Source of the DNA: Candidatus Micrarchaeia archaeon
GTDB taxonomy: Archaea > Micrarchaeota > Micrarchaeia > Micrarchaeales > CABMGC01
NCBI GenBank assembly: GCA_049976845.1
Contig: JBMFHL010000025.1
Location: forward strand, 1 to 10,946
DNA: 10,946 nucleotides
Reading direction: 5' to 3'
The notes beneath the pieces were generated by a model. The model worked only from the letters and a program-made list of their open reading frames with translations. It was not told where the DNA came from and made no database searches. The translations under genes and the position numbers were made by a program. The first letter of the stretch is position 1; each line of letters starts with the position of its first letter. Shown here one piece after another: positions 1-7,709 of the stretch.

Positions 1-324
1 GGTGATAAATGAGCCATTTATTCCTATACTCTTGCCTTTTATGAACTTTGAGAGCAGGCTCAGGTATTTCTTCCTGCTGCTCCTGACGTTCAATACTTTT
101 AATCCGTCTCTTTTCTGCGATAGCGCTGTTTCGTATTCTAATTGCGAGGTCAGCAGGTATGCACTATCTCTTTTGAGTATGAGCACATCGCCTTCGAATA
201 TGCCACTTGTGAAGCCTGTCACATAAAGAAAATTCGGATCCTTTACTTCCGTATTCTTTATTAGTATCAGATCAACATCCACTTTCGAGAATATTTTGTC
301 AAGCTTTGGTTTTATGCTCTCCAT
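1..324 (-). CDS. Xaa-Pro aminopeptidase / prolidase (M24 family), N-terminal creatinase-like domain; runs off the left edge of the window
   Basis: Absent from the ORF track because it has no stop in the window. Manual translation from ATG at 324 is open to base 1: MESIKPKLDKIFSKVDVDLILIKNTEVKDPNFLYVTGFTSGIFEGDVLILKRDSAYLLTSQLEYETALSQ...GKSIGINGSFIT. 'D.NF.Y.TGF...EG' and 'LL...LEY..A' are typical of M24B N-terminal domains. The start overlaps the Nudix 3' end by 26 bp. Confidence 0.8.
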   Translation of the reverse strand, partial: MESIKPKLDKIFSKVDVDLILIKNTEVKDPNFLYVTGFTSGIFEGDVLILKRDSAYLLTSQLEYETALSQKRDGLKVLNVRSSRKKYLSLLSKFIKGKSIGINGSFIT

Positions 325-769
325 ACAAAACACTTTTTAATTTTTTAATTATGGCTGATTTATTGATAAATATGTTTGTATACAAAGATTCTGTTTCTAT
401 TTCCTTGATGGTAGCCCACCTGTATGCCGAATTTTCTATATTCAGTTTTATTTTATTTGAACTTGTAGTAAATATATATGCCTTATTGGCCCAGCATATT
501 TTCTTTCTGGGATCAAATAGCTTTACGTTTAATGGGCCTTCTATCTTTTTCAAGTCCCCCTTTGCTAAGCCAGTTTCCTCAAACAGCTCTCTATAAGCGG
601 CATGTTCATAATCTTCATCCCTTTTTATGCCACCGCTTACAAATGTCCATATATTGGGATTGCTTATGAATGGGAAATTTCTTCTCTTTAGCAGAAGCAA
701 CTTTTCGTTGCTTAGCACAATTGCAATTATTCCCGGTCGCTCAGCTTCACCATATTCTTTGCACATCAT
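299..769 (-). CDS. Nudix hydrolase
   Basis: Perfect Nudix box GX5EX7REUXEEXGU: GGIKRDEDYEHAAYRELFEETGL. Upstream 'LLLLKR...W.F.SG' and downstream 'E...Y.W' also fit the fold. Confidence 0.93.
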   Translation of the reverse strand: MMCKEYGEAERPGIIAIVLSNEKLLLLKRRNFPFISNPNIWTFVSGGIKRDEDYEHAAYRELFEETGLAKGDLKKIEGPLNVKLFDPRKKICWANKAYIFTTSSNKIKLNIENSAYRWATIKEIETESLYTNIFINKSAIIKKLKSVLYGEHKTKA

Positions 770-815
770 AGATTAAAGATAAGAATTATATATTAATAAA
801 GGGTAATATTCATTG
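770..815. promoter_or_regulatory. Compact bidirectional archaeal promoter between the Nudix gene and nre
   Basis: 46-bp AT-rich spacer. Plus strand: AAGAA followed by TTATATAT (786-793), centred about 26 nt before ATG 816. Minus strand: TTTATTAA (800-793), centred about 27 nt before ATG 769. Confidence 0.55.
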
Positions 816-2036
816 ATGTTCATGGTGGCAGCAGAAACAATAGATGTCATACGCAGCCCATTAGTTTACCAGAACATGAAGAATCCTGCCCTGCTCAAAT
901 ATTATTATAGGATGAAAGCAGTTGAGCTTATTAATGGAAATGAGATTAGTGGGTCTTCTCCTCCTGACATATTTATAGGCAGCTTTGGCTATCCGAATGT
1001 CTTTGTAGGACCTATGGTGCCACCTGTGCATGGCGATACTGAGATGATGAGCATGCCAGAAATGTGGCGCAGCGTAGACATACCGAAGATAGTTGAATAC
1101 AGGTCTATGCTTGTGAGGGGCATGTATAAAACCAATGTACACAATGTGGAGCAGGGCAAGGTGGAGGAGCTTGTAAGGGATCTTGCACTTGCTGAAAAGT
1201 ATGTAAATGCTGATATAACATTTTCAAGCAAACCTGAGATGAAGGTTGTATTTGAAGAGAATTCGCAGCCTTTCGGGCCAAGCGCCTTGCTAAAAGAACT
1301 TGAGATAGGCAACGTCAAATCTGATGCAAAGGTGGAGAAAGAGTACTCTGATACAGATGTTACTGCTACTGATGCAATGCTGGAGTTATATGACAAAGGC
1401 TTAGCCATTTCGAAAATACAGAAGGCGTTCTCTGCCGGATTGCTGGGAATCGGGAAGAAAAGAAGGTTCGTGCCCACAAGATGGAGCATCACTGCCGTTG
1501 ATGATACAATTTCAAAGGCAAAGCTGAGAATCGAGAAGGAGTATGACAGTATAGATTCAATAAGGATTTATGAGAATGTTGCACTTGACAACAGGTGGAT
1601 AATATTAATGATACCTGGCAATTGGAGCTATGAGCTCATTGAGGCATGGTACCCAAATACAACTTGGAACATGAGCAATAAAGACATTGCAATATATTCT
1701 TCACATGAATTCTTTGAAGGGAGAAAAACATATGCTGAGATTGGCGGATGCTATTATGCGGCAAGACTCGCTGTTTCGGAGCTTTTTGACAAAATAAAGA
1801 AGCAAGCTACTACTGTTATAATGAGGGAGACGCATTCAGGATATACTATGCCCGTGGGAGTATGGAATGTCAGGGAGCACGTCAGGGAAGCGCTTGAGAA
1901 GGAGCCAAAGATATTCGGAAACATCTATGAGGCTTTTTCTTATATAAGAAGCAGACTTGACATACCAATAGGCACATGGATAAAGAACAGCGAAGTGCTG
2001 AAAGATTTATTCATGCAGAAAAGGCTTTTTACTTAA
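816..2036 (+). CDS. nreA: Archaeal DNA repair protein Nre (NreA family, PCNA-interacting)
   Basis: Family motifs GSSPP.IFIG..GYP.V..GP, S.G.LG....R.VPTRWSITAVDD, GGCYYAARLAV.E, Y..PVGVW.VRE.VR.A and a C-terminal PIP-like QKRL. The ORF track starts at TTG 813; ATG 816 (or 822) is more likely. Confidence 0.9.
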   Translation: MFMVAAETIDVIRSPLVYQNMKNPALLKYYYRMKAVELINGNEISGSSPPDIFIGSFGYPNVFVGPMVPPVHGDTEMMSMPEMWRSVDIPKIVEYRSMLVRGMYKTNVHNVEQGKVEELVRDLALAEKYVNADITFSSKPEMKVVFEENSQPFGPSALLKELEIGNVKSDAKVEKEYSDTDVTATDAMLELYDKGLAISKIQKAFSAGLLGIGKKRRFVPTRWSITAVDDTISKAKLRIEKEYDSIDSIRIYENVALDNRWIILMIPGNWSYELIEAWYPNTTWNMSNKDIAIYSSHEFFEGRKTYAEIGGCYYAARLAVSELFDKIKKQATTVIMRETHSGYTMPVGVWNVREHVREALEKEPKIFGNIYEAFSYIRSRLDIPIGTWIKNSEVLKDLFMQKRLFT

Positions 2037-4212
2037 TTACAATTTCAATATTTTTCTTCGCCCTTATCTCAAACCACTTATAATCCCTTTTGTGTTCACC
2101 TAGCAGAAGAAGTTTATACTTTCCGCCTTTTATTAGATCCTCGAATTTCAATATGCCAGTTTCGCTGCTGCACTCTGCTATCTTTTCGCCTACATAATGG
2201 AGCTCTCCTGTCACCTTCCCTATATTACTACCATCAGCATTTACTATTTTTATTGTTGAATTTACTTTCATGCTTTCAGGTTTTTCATAGGAGGTTGAGA
2301 TAGTATTATCTGGCAGCTCGTAATCGAGCGTTTTTATAAAAATTGGGCCTGCAGGCAGCCTTTCTTCGCCCAATGCATCTACGTAGCTTATTGCACAAAC
2401 CCTTCGCTCCAGGGATTTTAGCCTCATGAATGCATCACCTTCTAATTCATCAGCAAAACCAAGATCTGCTATCGCAAATTTCACTATGTCTGGACTCTGC
2501 CTGAAATATAGCTTTGTCTGGCAGAGCCTCCTCACATTTATATTTATGTCAGTTGCGTTATGGGTTATGAGTATTATACCTATTCCGCGTTTCCTAAAAT
2601 CCTGCATGCGCTGCTTCAGATCTATCACTGCTGCGGATACGTCTTCCTGATTGAAAACAAGCTGCGCCTCCTCCAATATTATCATAAGCCTTAATGTATC
2701 GTCTCCGTATGCATCGAATGAGTCGGCTATGCTGTATACTTGGTTAAGTATAAGAGCGTAGAAGAACGATTTCATGTTGTTGCTAACGCTTGAAAGGTCA
2801 AAAACAGTCCCGTTGAGGAATTCGTTGAAATTTATGCCTTCTTTCGATGCAAACTCTGGTCTTGACAGCATAAGCCTAAGGCTTTCAAGCGCAGCCGTTA
2901 CGTTCTCGCCATGCTTAGTATATTTTACTCCTACATTTGTCCTTTTTCCGTGCTGTTCTATTATGGCATCTTCTATTTTGTAATACACATCGGCAGGGTC
3001 TGGCACATGCACACTTGAATATATCTTATGGAATGCAGACAATAGCGCTTTCTCCATGGAGCCCCTGTATGGCCCGGCATTTGAAGCATTTGAAATAAGC
3101 ATTGCCAGGTTCTCGTAGAATTTTTCTATTGGTATTTGGCTATCACATTTGAAGAAGTTTATTTTCTCTCTAGAATCACTAGAGTAGAGCTTTACAATCT
3201 TCATCTTGTTTTTCTGGGCAAATGCAGTCCATTCCTCTGTTGGTGATATTATCACTATTTTTACTCCCATTTTATAAAGCTGTTCCGCAACGGACATTGC
3301 AGAAAGGGTCTTGCCAGTGCCAGGCAGGCCAGTTATAACTGTACCCAGGTTAAGGGACTTCATACTTATTGATACCTGTTTGCTTGTGACCCCTACAGAA
3401 TTTCCCATAAAATAGCCCAATGCCACTTCTCCAACGCTTTCTGGAATATCCGTTTTTATTGTATGCATCCTTTTTACGGAATTTGGAATGCTTATCATTC
3501 TGGAGGAATAGCTGTAGCTAAATGGTATGCACTCCAGCTTCTTTAGCTTTTCAGCCAATTCTACAATGCTCGCTATCTTTATAGCATTGCGCTCAATCAT
3601 AAACATTTTTGACTCTAAGAAACTTAGTATTTTCCCAGCTGCTGAACCTTTTTTGTAGATAAAGAAAATCTTGTACGCCTTGCCGTTTGAAAAGAGGGAG
3701 TGGTTAATCATTTCAAGTATTGACTCGAGCATCTTGCGCTCGTCAGAGCCATAGTAAAGATCCATCTGCATTGAGCCATATAATGGTAGTTTCCCAACAG
3801 CCTTTGTAAGCCTTATTCCGTAGCCACTGAGCTTATGCTCTATGCTTCTCTTTACATGCTCCACATAGCTCTTGTCCACAGGCACAAATGCAACATATAG
3901 ATTGGCATCCGTTCCTTGGAGCAAATCATATATGCCATCGAGCAGCTGACCCTCAGGCAAGGTGCTGTATGCTATATTGTATTCGAATTCTCCACCTTCA
4001 AAAGCATCTATTGAATTTACATCCCCTAAGTCTTTGATTTTGATGCCATTGACTACAGATTGAAGCCTAGAGATGGGCTCTGCTTCGCAGAGGATACTGC
4101 AAGATCCCTCTTTAAAATCATTTTGCATTAGAAATTCATCACCAAAAAAGGATTCTATAAACATTAGGTAATTCACGTTCACAGGAGCCTCTATTAACCG
4201 GTACCTTCGCAT
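2029..4212 (-). CDS. Large FtsK/HerA-superfamily P-loop ATPase (VirB4/VirD4/DUF87-like), ~727 aa
   Basis: Walker A GLPGTGKT (3330-3307), Walker B LMIILEEAQ (2688-2662), arginine-finger region QDFRKRGIGIILITH, then 'C.TK..F'. ATG 4212 follows a GGTGA RBS (4221-4217) and forms a TGATG overlap with the upstream stop. No transmembrane segment is apparent. Confidence 0.85.
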   Translation of the reverse strand: MRRYRLIEAPVNVNYLMFIESFFGDEFLMQNDFKEGSCSILCEAEPISRLQSVVNGIKIKDLGDVNSIDAFEGGEFEYNIAYSTLPEGQLLDGIYDLLQGTDANLYVAFVPVDKSYVEHVKRSIEHKLSGYGIRLTKAVGKLPLYGSMQMDLYYGSDERKMLESILEMINHSLFSNGKAYKIFFIYKKGSAAGKILSFLESKMFMIERNAIKIASIVELAEKLKKLECIPFSYSYSSRMISIPNSVKRMHTIKTDIPESVGEVALGYFMGNSVGVTSKQVSISMKSLNLGTVITGLPGTGKTLSAMSVAEQLYKMGVKIVIISPTEEWTAFAQKNKMKIVKLYSSDSREKINFFKCDSQIPIEKFYENLAMLISNASNAGPYRGSMEKALLSAFHKIYSSVHVPDPADVYYKIEDAIIEQHGKRTNVGVKYTKHGENVTAALESLRLMLSRPEFASKEGINFNEFLNGTVFDLSSVSNNMKSFFYALILNQVYSIADSFDAYGDDTLRLMIILEEAQLVFNQEDVSAAVIDLKQRMQDFRKRGIGIILITHNATDININVRRLCQTKLYFRQSPDIVKFAIADLGFADELEGDAFMRLKSLERRVCAISYVDALGEERLPAGPIFIKTLDYELPDNTISTSYEKPESMKVNSTIKIVNADGSNIGKVTGELHYVGEKIAECSSETGILKFEDLIKGGKYKLLLLGEHKRDYKWFEIRAKKNIEIVIK

Positions 4213-4487
4213 CAAATCACCAGTATAAACAGAAGTATGAGCATATTGAGCACGCTTAGCAAGATTATGCTAATGCTAAAATTATATGTTATGCTTTTCA
4301 ATAGTCTAGGTATCATAAGCAGAGATAACGCGAATGCTGCAATTATTGCTGCGGGGATTAGGTAGGGGATTTCTGGAAAAAGTAGGCAAACTGCGATTAT
4401 TGGAGAAATTATCCCAATACTTATAAACAATGAAGCGGCAATGCCTATTTTTAAGCTGACCTTCTTGTAAAGCTTTTTCATTTCCAT
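4212..4487 (-). CDS. Small membrane protein, ~3 TM helices (91 aa)
   Basis: Basic N-terminus (KKLYKK) followed by three hydrophobic stretches; overlaps both neighbouring genes in the operon. Confidence 0.7.
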   Translation of the reverse strand: MEMKKLYKKVSLKIGIAASLFISIGIISPIIAVCLLFPEIPYLIPAAIIAAFALSLLMIPRLLKSITYNFSISIILLSVLNMLILLFILVI

Positions 4488-4669
4488 ATAATCACTGCAA
4501 ACAGGGACACAAAGAAGAGCAGCAGCAAACTCGTAAGTTGCCTGGTAAATACGCTCCTTTGCATTCCACTCAGGCTAATCTGAGAAATTAGTGAATAGCT
4601 AACAGCAATGCATGCGGCAAGGCTGCTTGCCTTAAATATAAGTATTATTACCCAGAGCAAATCATTCAT
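4478..4669 (-). CDS. Small 2-TM helical-hairpin protein (63 aa), possible minor pilin
   Basis: Two hydrophobic segments separated by a short Arg-containing loop (SQISLSGMQRSVFTRQ). Overlaps of 8 and 10 bp with its neighbours support a real gene. Confidence 0.6.
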   Translation of the reverse strand: MNDLLWVIILIFKASSLAACIAVSYSLISQISLSGMQRSVFTRQLTSLLLLFFVSLFAVIIWK

Positions 4670-5159
4670 ATGAGATCAACTCGAAATTGCCGCTTATGAT
4701 ATAGGAAAGGATTATGCCCGATTTGGGGACAAATGAATATGCAAGTTTATGCATGTTACCCTCTTCTGCAAAAAGTCGCAGCGTTGCTGGCATATCTTTT
4801 CCATCAAGCAGCACATCTATATTTGAGTCAATTACAAATCCAAATTTTCCAAGTGCAAGCTTGTAAATACTACTACTACTCAGCTTGCGTTGGTTTAGCA
4901 CTGATCCGTTTATTATAGATTCGTCGAGAACGTAACCCCTGAATAAATTTTCAATTTCTTCGCTTTCTTTTTCCTGAGGTGCCTGCAATTGCTTAGAATC
5001 TGTGGTATTCTCAATTGCAAGCAGGTCTTCCGGACTTGTGCTAGTTTCTATTCTAAGCTTCTTGCCATCAGGCTGAAACACCTTAAGCATTAGAAATATG
5101 AATATGCCAGAAAGTATCGGAACAAGTTGTATTATATAATTTATTTCTTCTGCATTCAT
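4662..5159 (-). CDS. Bitopic membrane protein of unknown function (165 aa)
   Basis: Single N-terminal TM (YIIQLVPILSGIFIFLML), an acidic/polar linker, then a small alpha/beta domain. ATGA overlap with the upstream gene, preceded by GGTGAGG. Confidence 0.75.
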   Translation of the reverse strand: MNAEEINYIIQLVPILSGIFIFLMLKVFQPDGKKLRIETSTSPEDLLAIENTTDSKQLQAPQEKESEEIENLFRGYVLDESIINGSVLNQRKLSSSSIYKLALGKFGFVIDSNIDVLLDGKDMPATLRLFAEEGNMHKLAYSFVPKSGIILSYIISGNFELISYE

Positions 5160-5857
5160 ATCCTCACCAGTGTGGAGCCTTGTAATGTGAATATTCTCTT
5201 GTAGCCCACTTTATCCAAACCTCTTATGGCATCTTCAACTAATCTTTTTTCAACTCCGTATTTCTCGGCTATTTCATCAATTGAGATTTTCTTGCCTTCG
5301 TACTCAATTACTATGAGCTTTGATAGCAGGCGCTGTAAGACTAAACTGCTTGAATGCAATTCGTCTTGCAAGGTATTTTTGTCAATTAGGAGATGTATTA
5401 TTCTCTTTGCGAGCACATGCTCAATATTTTCGCCATTCCTTATTGGCTCTTTAAGAGATCTTTTGCTGTAGTACAACTTATCCTTAGATAGTATTGCGAT
5501 AATATAAGGGAATACTGTGGAAATGTCAAATGTATACAGGTCGCTTAGGATTTGCGATACATTAAGCAGCCTGAGCATCGGCTCAACATCAAGTTCTGGC
5601 TCGATTACACTAGAGTGCAGTGTCAATCTTATTTGGCTCCTGTCAACTTCTAAAGTATAAATACGCCGCTTTTCTTCAGCTGCATTATTTATCAGGTATT
5701 TCAGCCTTGTGCCAGAACTTATAAGCTTGAATCCTGGATATATGCCAAGCCTTTTTCTTATTTCGTAAATCGTCGCGCTGCTGCTGCCGGATATGGCCAC
5801 ACTGCTTGAGAATACAAAACTACTGTTGTTTATTTCAAACTTTTTATTTGCTTGCAT
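5156..5857 (-). CDS. Soluble protein with a coiled-coil segment and C-terminal winged helix-turn-helix (233 aa)
   Basis: The C-terminus KISIDEIAEKYGVEKRLVEDAIRGLDKVGYKRIF matches the wHTH pattern (s..eiA...gv....V...l..L...G). GGTGA at 5865-5861; 14-bp overlap with the upstream ATPase. Confidence 0.7.
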   Translation of the reverse strand: MQANKKFEINNSSFVFSSSVAISGSSSATIYEIRKRLGIYPGFKLISSGTRLKYLINNAAEEKRRIYTLEVDRSQIRLTLHSSVIEPELDVEPMLRLLNVSQILSDLYTFDISTVFPYIIAILSKDKLYYSKRSLKEPIRNGENIEHVLAKRIIHLLIDKNTLQDELHSSSLVLQRLLSKLIVIEYEGKKISIDEIAEKYGVEKRLVEDAIRGLDKVGYKRIFTLQGSTLVRI

Positions 5858-6977
5858 ATTTCACCACTGCAATTGAAAATGCTTCTGCTATGGCATCGTC
5901 GCTTATGCCGAGCTTCCTCAAGAACATAAGTATCTGATATTTGTCTAAACCGGCATTATATAGCAGCTTTATGAGCATAGGCGCTTCAATCGCGTTGCCA
6001 CTTTCTGTATATTCCTGCAATCTCAACGATTCTTTTTTTGCGCCTATCGCTTCCAGGGCCTTTTCAAGCTCTCTCTCGCTTACCTCTAACAATTTACCAC
6101 CTAGATTAATTTTTATTGTTTTTAAAGCGTCGACGCCGCAAACCCTATCCACAAAGAATGAGTTTATTGTCTTATCCTTATACAGCTGTATTGCAATGCA
6201 GCTGCCTTGCTTCAGTTCCTGTATTGCCTCAATTTTGTCATTGTCGAGAAGGTAATTTTTGGCTATGCGCATCAGGCTTTGCTTGTTCTGCATCCTGAAT
6301 ATGAACACAGATGCTATGTTTGACAATATTTTTTGGTCTATGTCCTCTATGAGCTGTGATGCAAGCACAAAACCCATGTTGTATTTTCTTCCTTCTCTAA
6401 GCAGCGCATGCAGCGTTTCTGCACTTGAGAAAAGTTTCCATGCTTCATCCAGAAAAACTAAAACCCTGCTATTGCTGCCTGTGCCCCTCTTTCTCATGGC
6501 CTCTAGTATATATGAGAGCAGAAGCCCTTCTGCTTCAACCTTTTCCTTCTCATTTGGCAATGACGAAATATTGTAATAAAGAAGGCGTTGGCCTTGCGGA
6601 AAGCACAACGCTGATTCGAGGCTTTCCTTCGGATTTGAAAGATTTTCTTCGGACAAGCCCATTACTTTTTGGATTTCTTTGTATTCGCCCGTGTTGTCTA
6701 TTATAATTATATTGGTTTCCGAAAACAGCAGCAGTTTTACTATCAGCGTTTTCATCAGGTAGCTCTTGCCGGCCCCAGTTGTTCCTGAAACAAATATGTG
6801 CGAATTGAACAGCGCATCTTGATTGAATATGAAGGGTATTGAATATCTGCTGGTATTGCCTATAAATATGCCTTTACTGTCTTGATTCCTTAGCATGTGA
6901 GCTTCGTCAGAGTAGTAGAGAGAGAAGAAGTTTGAAAGTAATGAAGAGCCTATTTTATTGCTGTATTTCTCTAGCAT
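5844..6977 (-). CDS. Compact VirB4/CedB/HerA-like ATPase (377 aa)
   Basis: VirB4-type lead-in GIFIG......P.......N.H..V.G, Walker A GTTGAGKS (6785-6762), 'IIID..GEY', Walker B VFLDEAW (6458-6438), LLREGRKYNMGFVLASQ. Confidence 0.88.
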   Translation of the reverse strand: MLEKYSNKIGSSLLSNFFSLYYSDEAHMLRNQDSKGIFIGNTSRYSIPFIFNQDALFNSHIFVSGTTGAGKSYLMKTLIVKLLLFSETNIIIIDNTGEYKEIQKVMGLSEENLSNPKESLESALCFPQGQRLLYYNISSLPNEKEKVEAEGLLLSYILEAMRKRGTGSNSRVLVFLDEAWKLFSSAETLHALLREGRKYNMGFVLASQLIEDIDQKILSNIASVFIFRMQNKQSLMRIAKNYLLDNDKIEAIQELKQGSCIAIQLYKDKTINSFFVDRVCGVDALKTIKINLGGKLLEVSERELEKALEAIGAKKESLRLQEYTESGNAIEAPMLIKLLYNAGLDKYQILMFLRKLGISDDAIAEAFSIAVVKYASK

Positions 6978-6981
6978 ATGA

Positions 6982-7701
6982 TTACCTTATAGAGTCCAAC
7001 AATTCCTCACCTTTAAGCATAGAATAGTTCACGTTGAACGTTGATGCGAAGATGCTTGCTACATGCTCGGCATTCCTCTCAGACTCGCCAACTGCATGGG
7101 AAAGCGAGTAAGATCTTGATGTTGCCTTTACTTTGAAGAAAACGCTGAGGGGCCTATTGCCACTGCTTATGGATTTTATCTCGTTCTCCACTAAGGCTAT
7201 TTCGCGCTTGAGTTTGCTTGCAGATTTGTAATCGGACTTGCCTATATTCGACAGCTCTATCTCCTTCATCCTGCGCCTTGTTTCAAGGTTCTCTATTATG
7301 TTCTTCTTGCTTATCTCCTTAAGCCCTATGCTAAATTCGAAAGGGACCCTTATACTCTCAAGCAGCGATTCGAAATCGCCGTGGGTGCTGCTTGTCGGAT
7401 TGCTTACTAGAAGCACAGCAACTGATATACTCAGGTATTCGTTGCCCGATTTCCTGAATGCAGATAGCATGCTTTCGCTCAGCGCATAGCCATTTGAGAT
7501 TACCAAGGCATGAGATTTTTTTAGTATGATGTTATTCAGCAGATTGCCTGCGTTCATATACACTATTGAAGCTAGTATCAGCATAGAAGAGAGCATTGAA
7601 AGCATCCAACTGCCAAATAAAAGCGAAAAAAGTATTGCAAAAGCTGATGCTACATATATCATGTAGGAGTATACTTTGTTTCCCAGTTCCATCTCTTCCA
7701 T
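6982..7701 (-). CDS. Membrane-anchored protein with coiled coil; resembles a VirB3-like anchor plus the N-terminal portion of VirB4/CedB-type ATPases (239 aa)
   Basis: Two N-terminal TM helices, an alpha/beta region, a charged coiled-coil hairpin (IIENLETRRRMKEIEL...KLKREIALVENEIKSI) and a terminal 'L.GEELL'. Lies 4 bp upstream of the compact ATPase. The CDS is secure; the family call is by eye. Confidence 0.6.
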   Translation of the reverse strand: MEEMELGNKVYSYMIYVASAFAILFSLLFGSWMLSMLSSMLILASIVYMNAGNLLNNIILKKSHALVISNGYALSESMLSAFRKSGNEYLSISVAVLLVSNPTSSTHGDFESLLESIRVPFEFSIGLKEISKKNIIENLETRRRMKEIELSNIGKSDYKSASKLKREIALVENEIKSISSGNRPLSVFFKVKATSRSYSLSHAVGESERNAEHVASIFASTFNVNYSMLKGEELLDSIR

Positions 7702-7709
7702 TCCAACAC

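Noticed and set aside
2..669. Plus-strand ORFs 2..226, 306..596 and 478..669
   Set aside because: Antisense shadows of the aminopeptidase and Nudix genes, with no recognisable motifs.
861..1492. Minus-strand ORFs 861..1142 and 989..1492
   Set aside because: Antisense to the well-supported nre gene.
2029..6977. Interpretation as a HerA-NurA repair locus or a Sir2-HerA/HerA-DUF4297 defence system
   Set aside because: No NurA, Mre11, Rad50, Sir2 or nuclease partner and no evident N-terminal HAS barrel; the neighbours are a pilin and membrane proteins.
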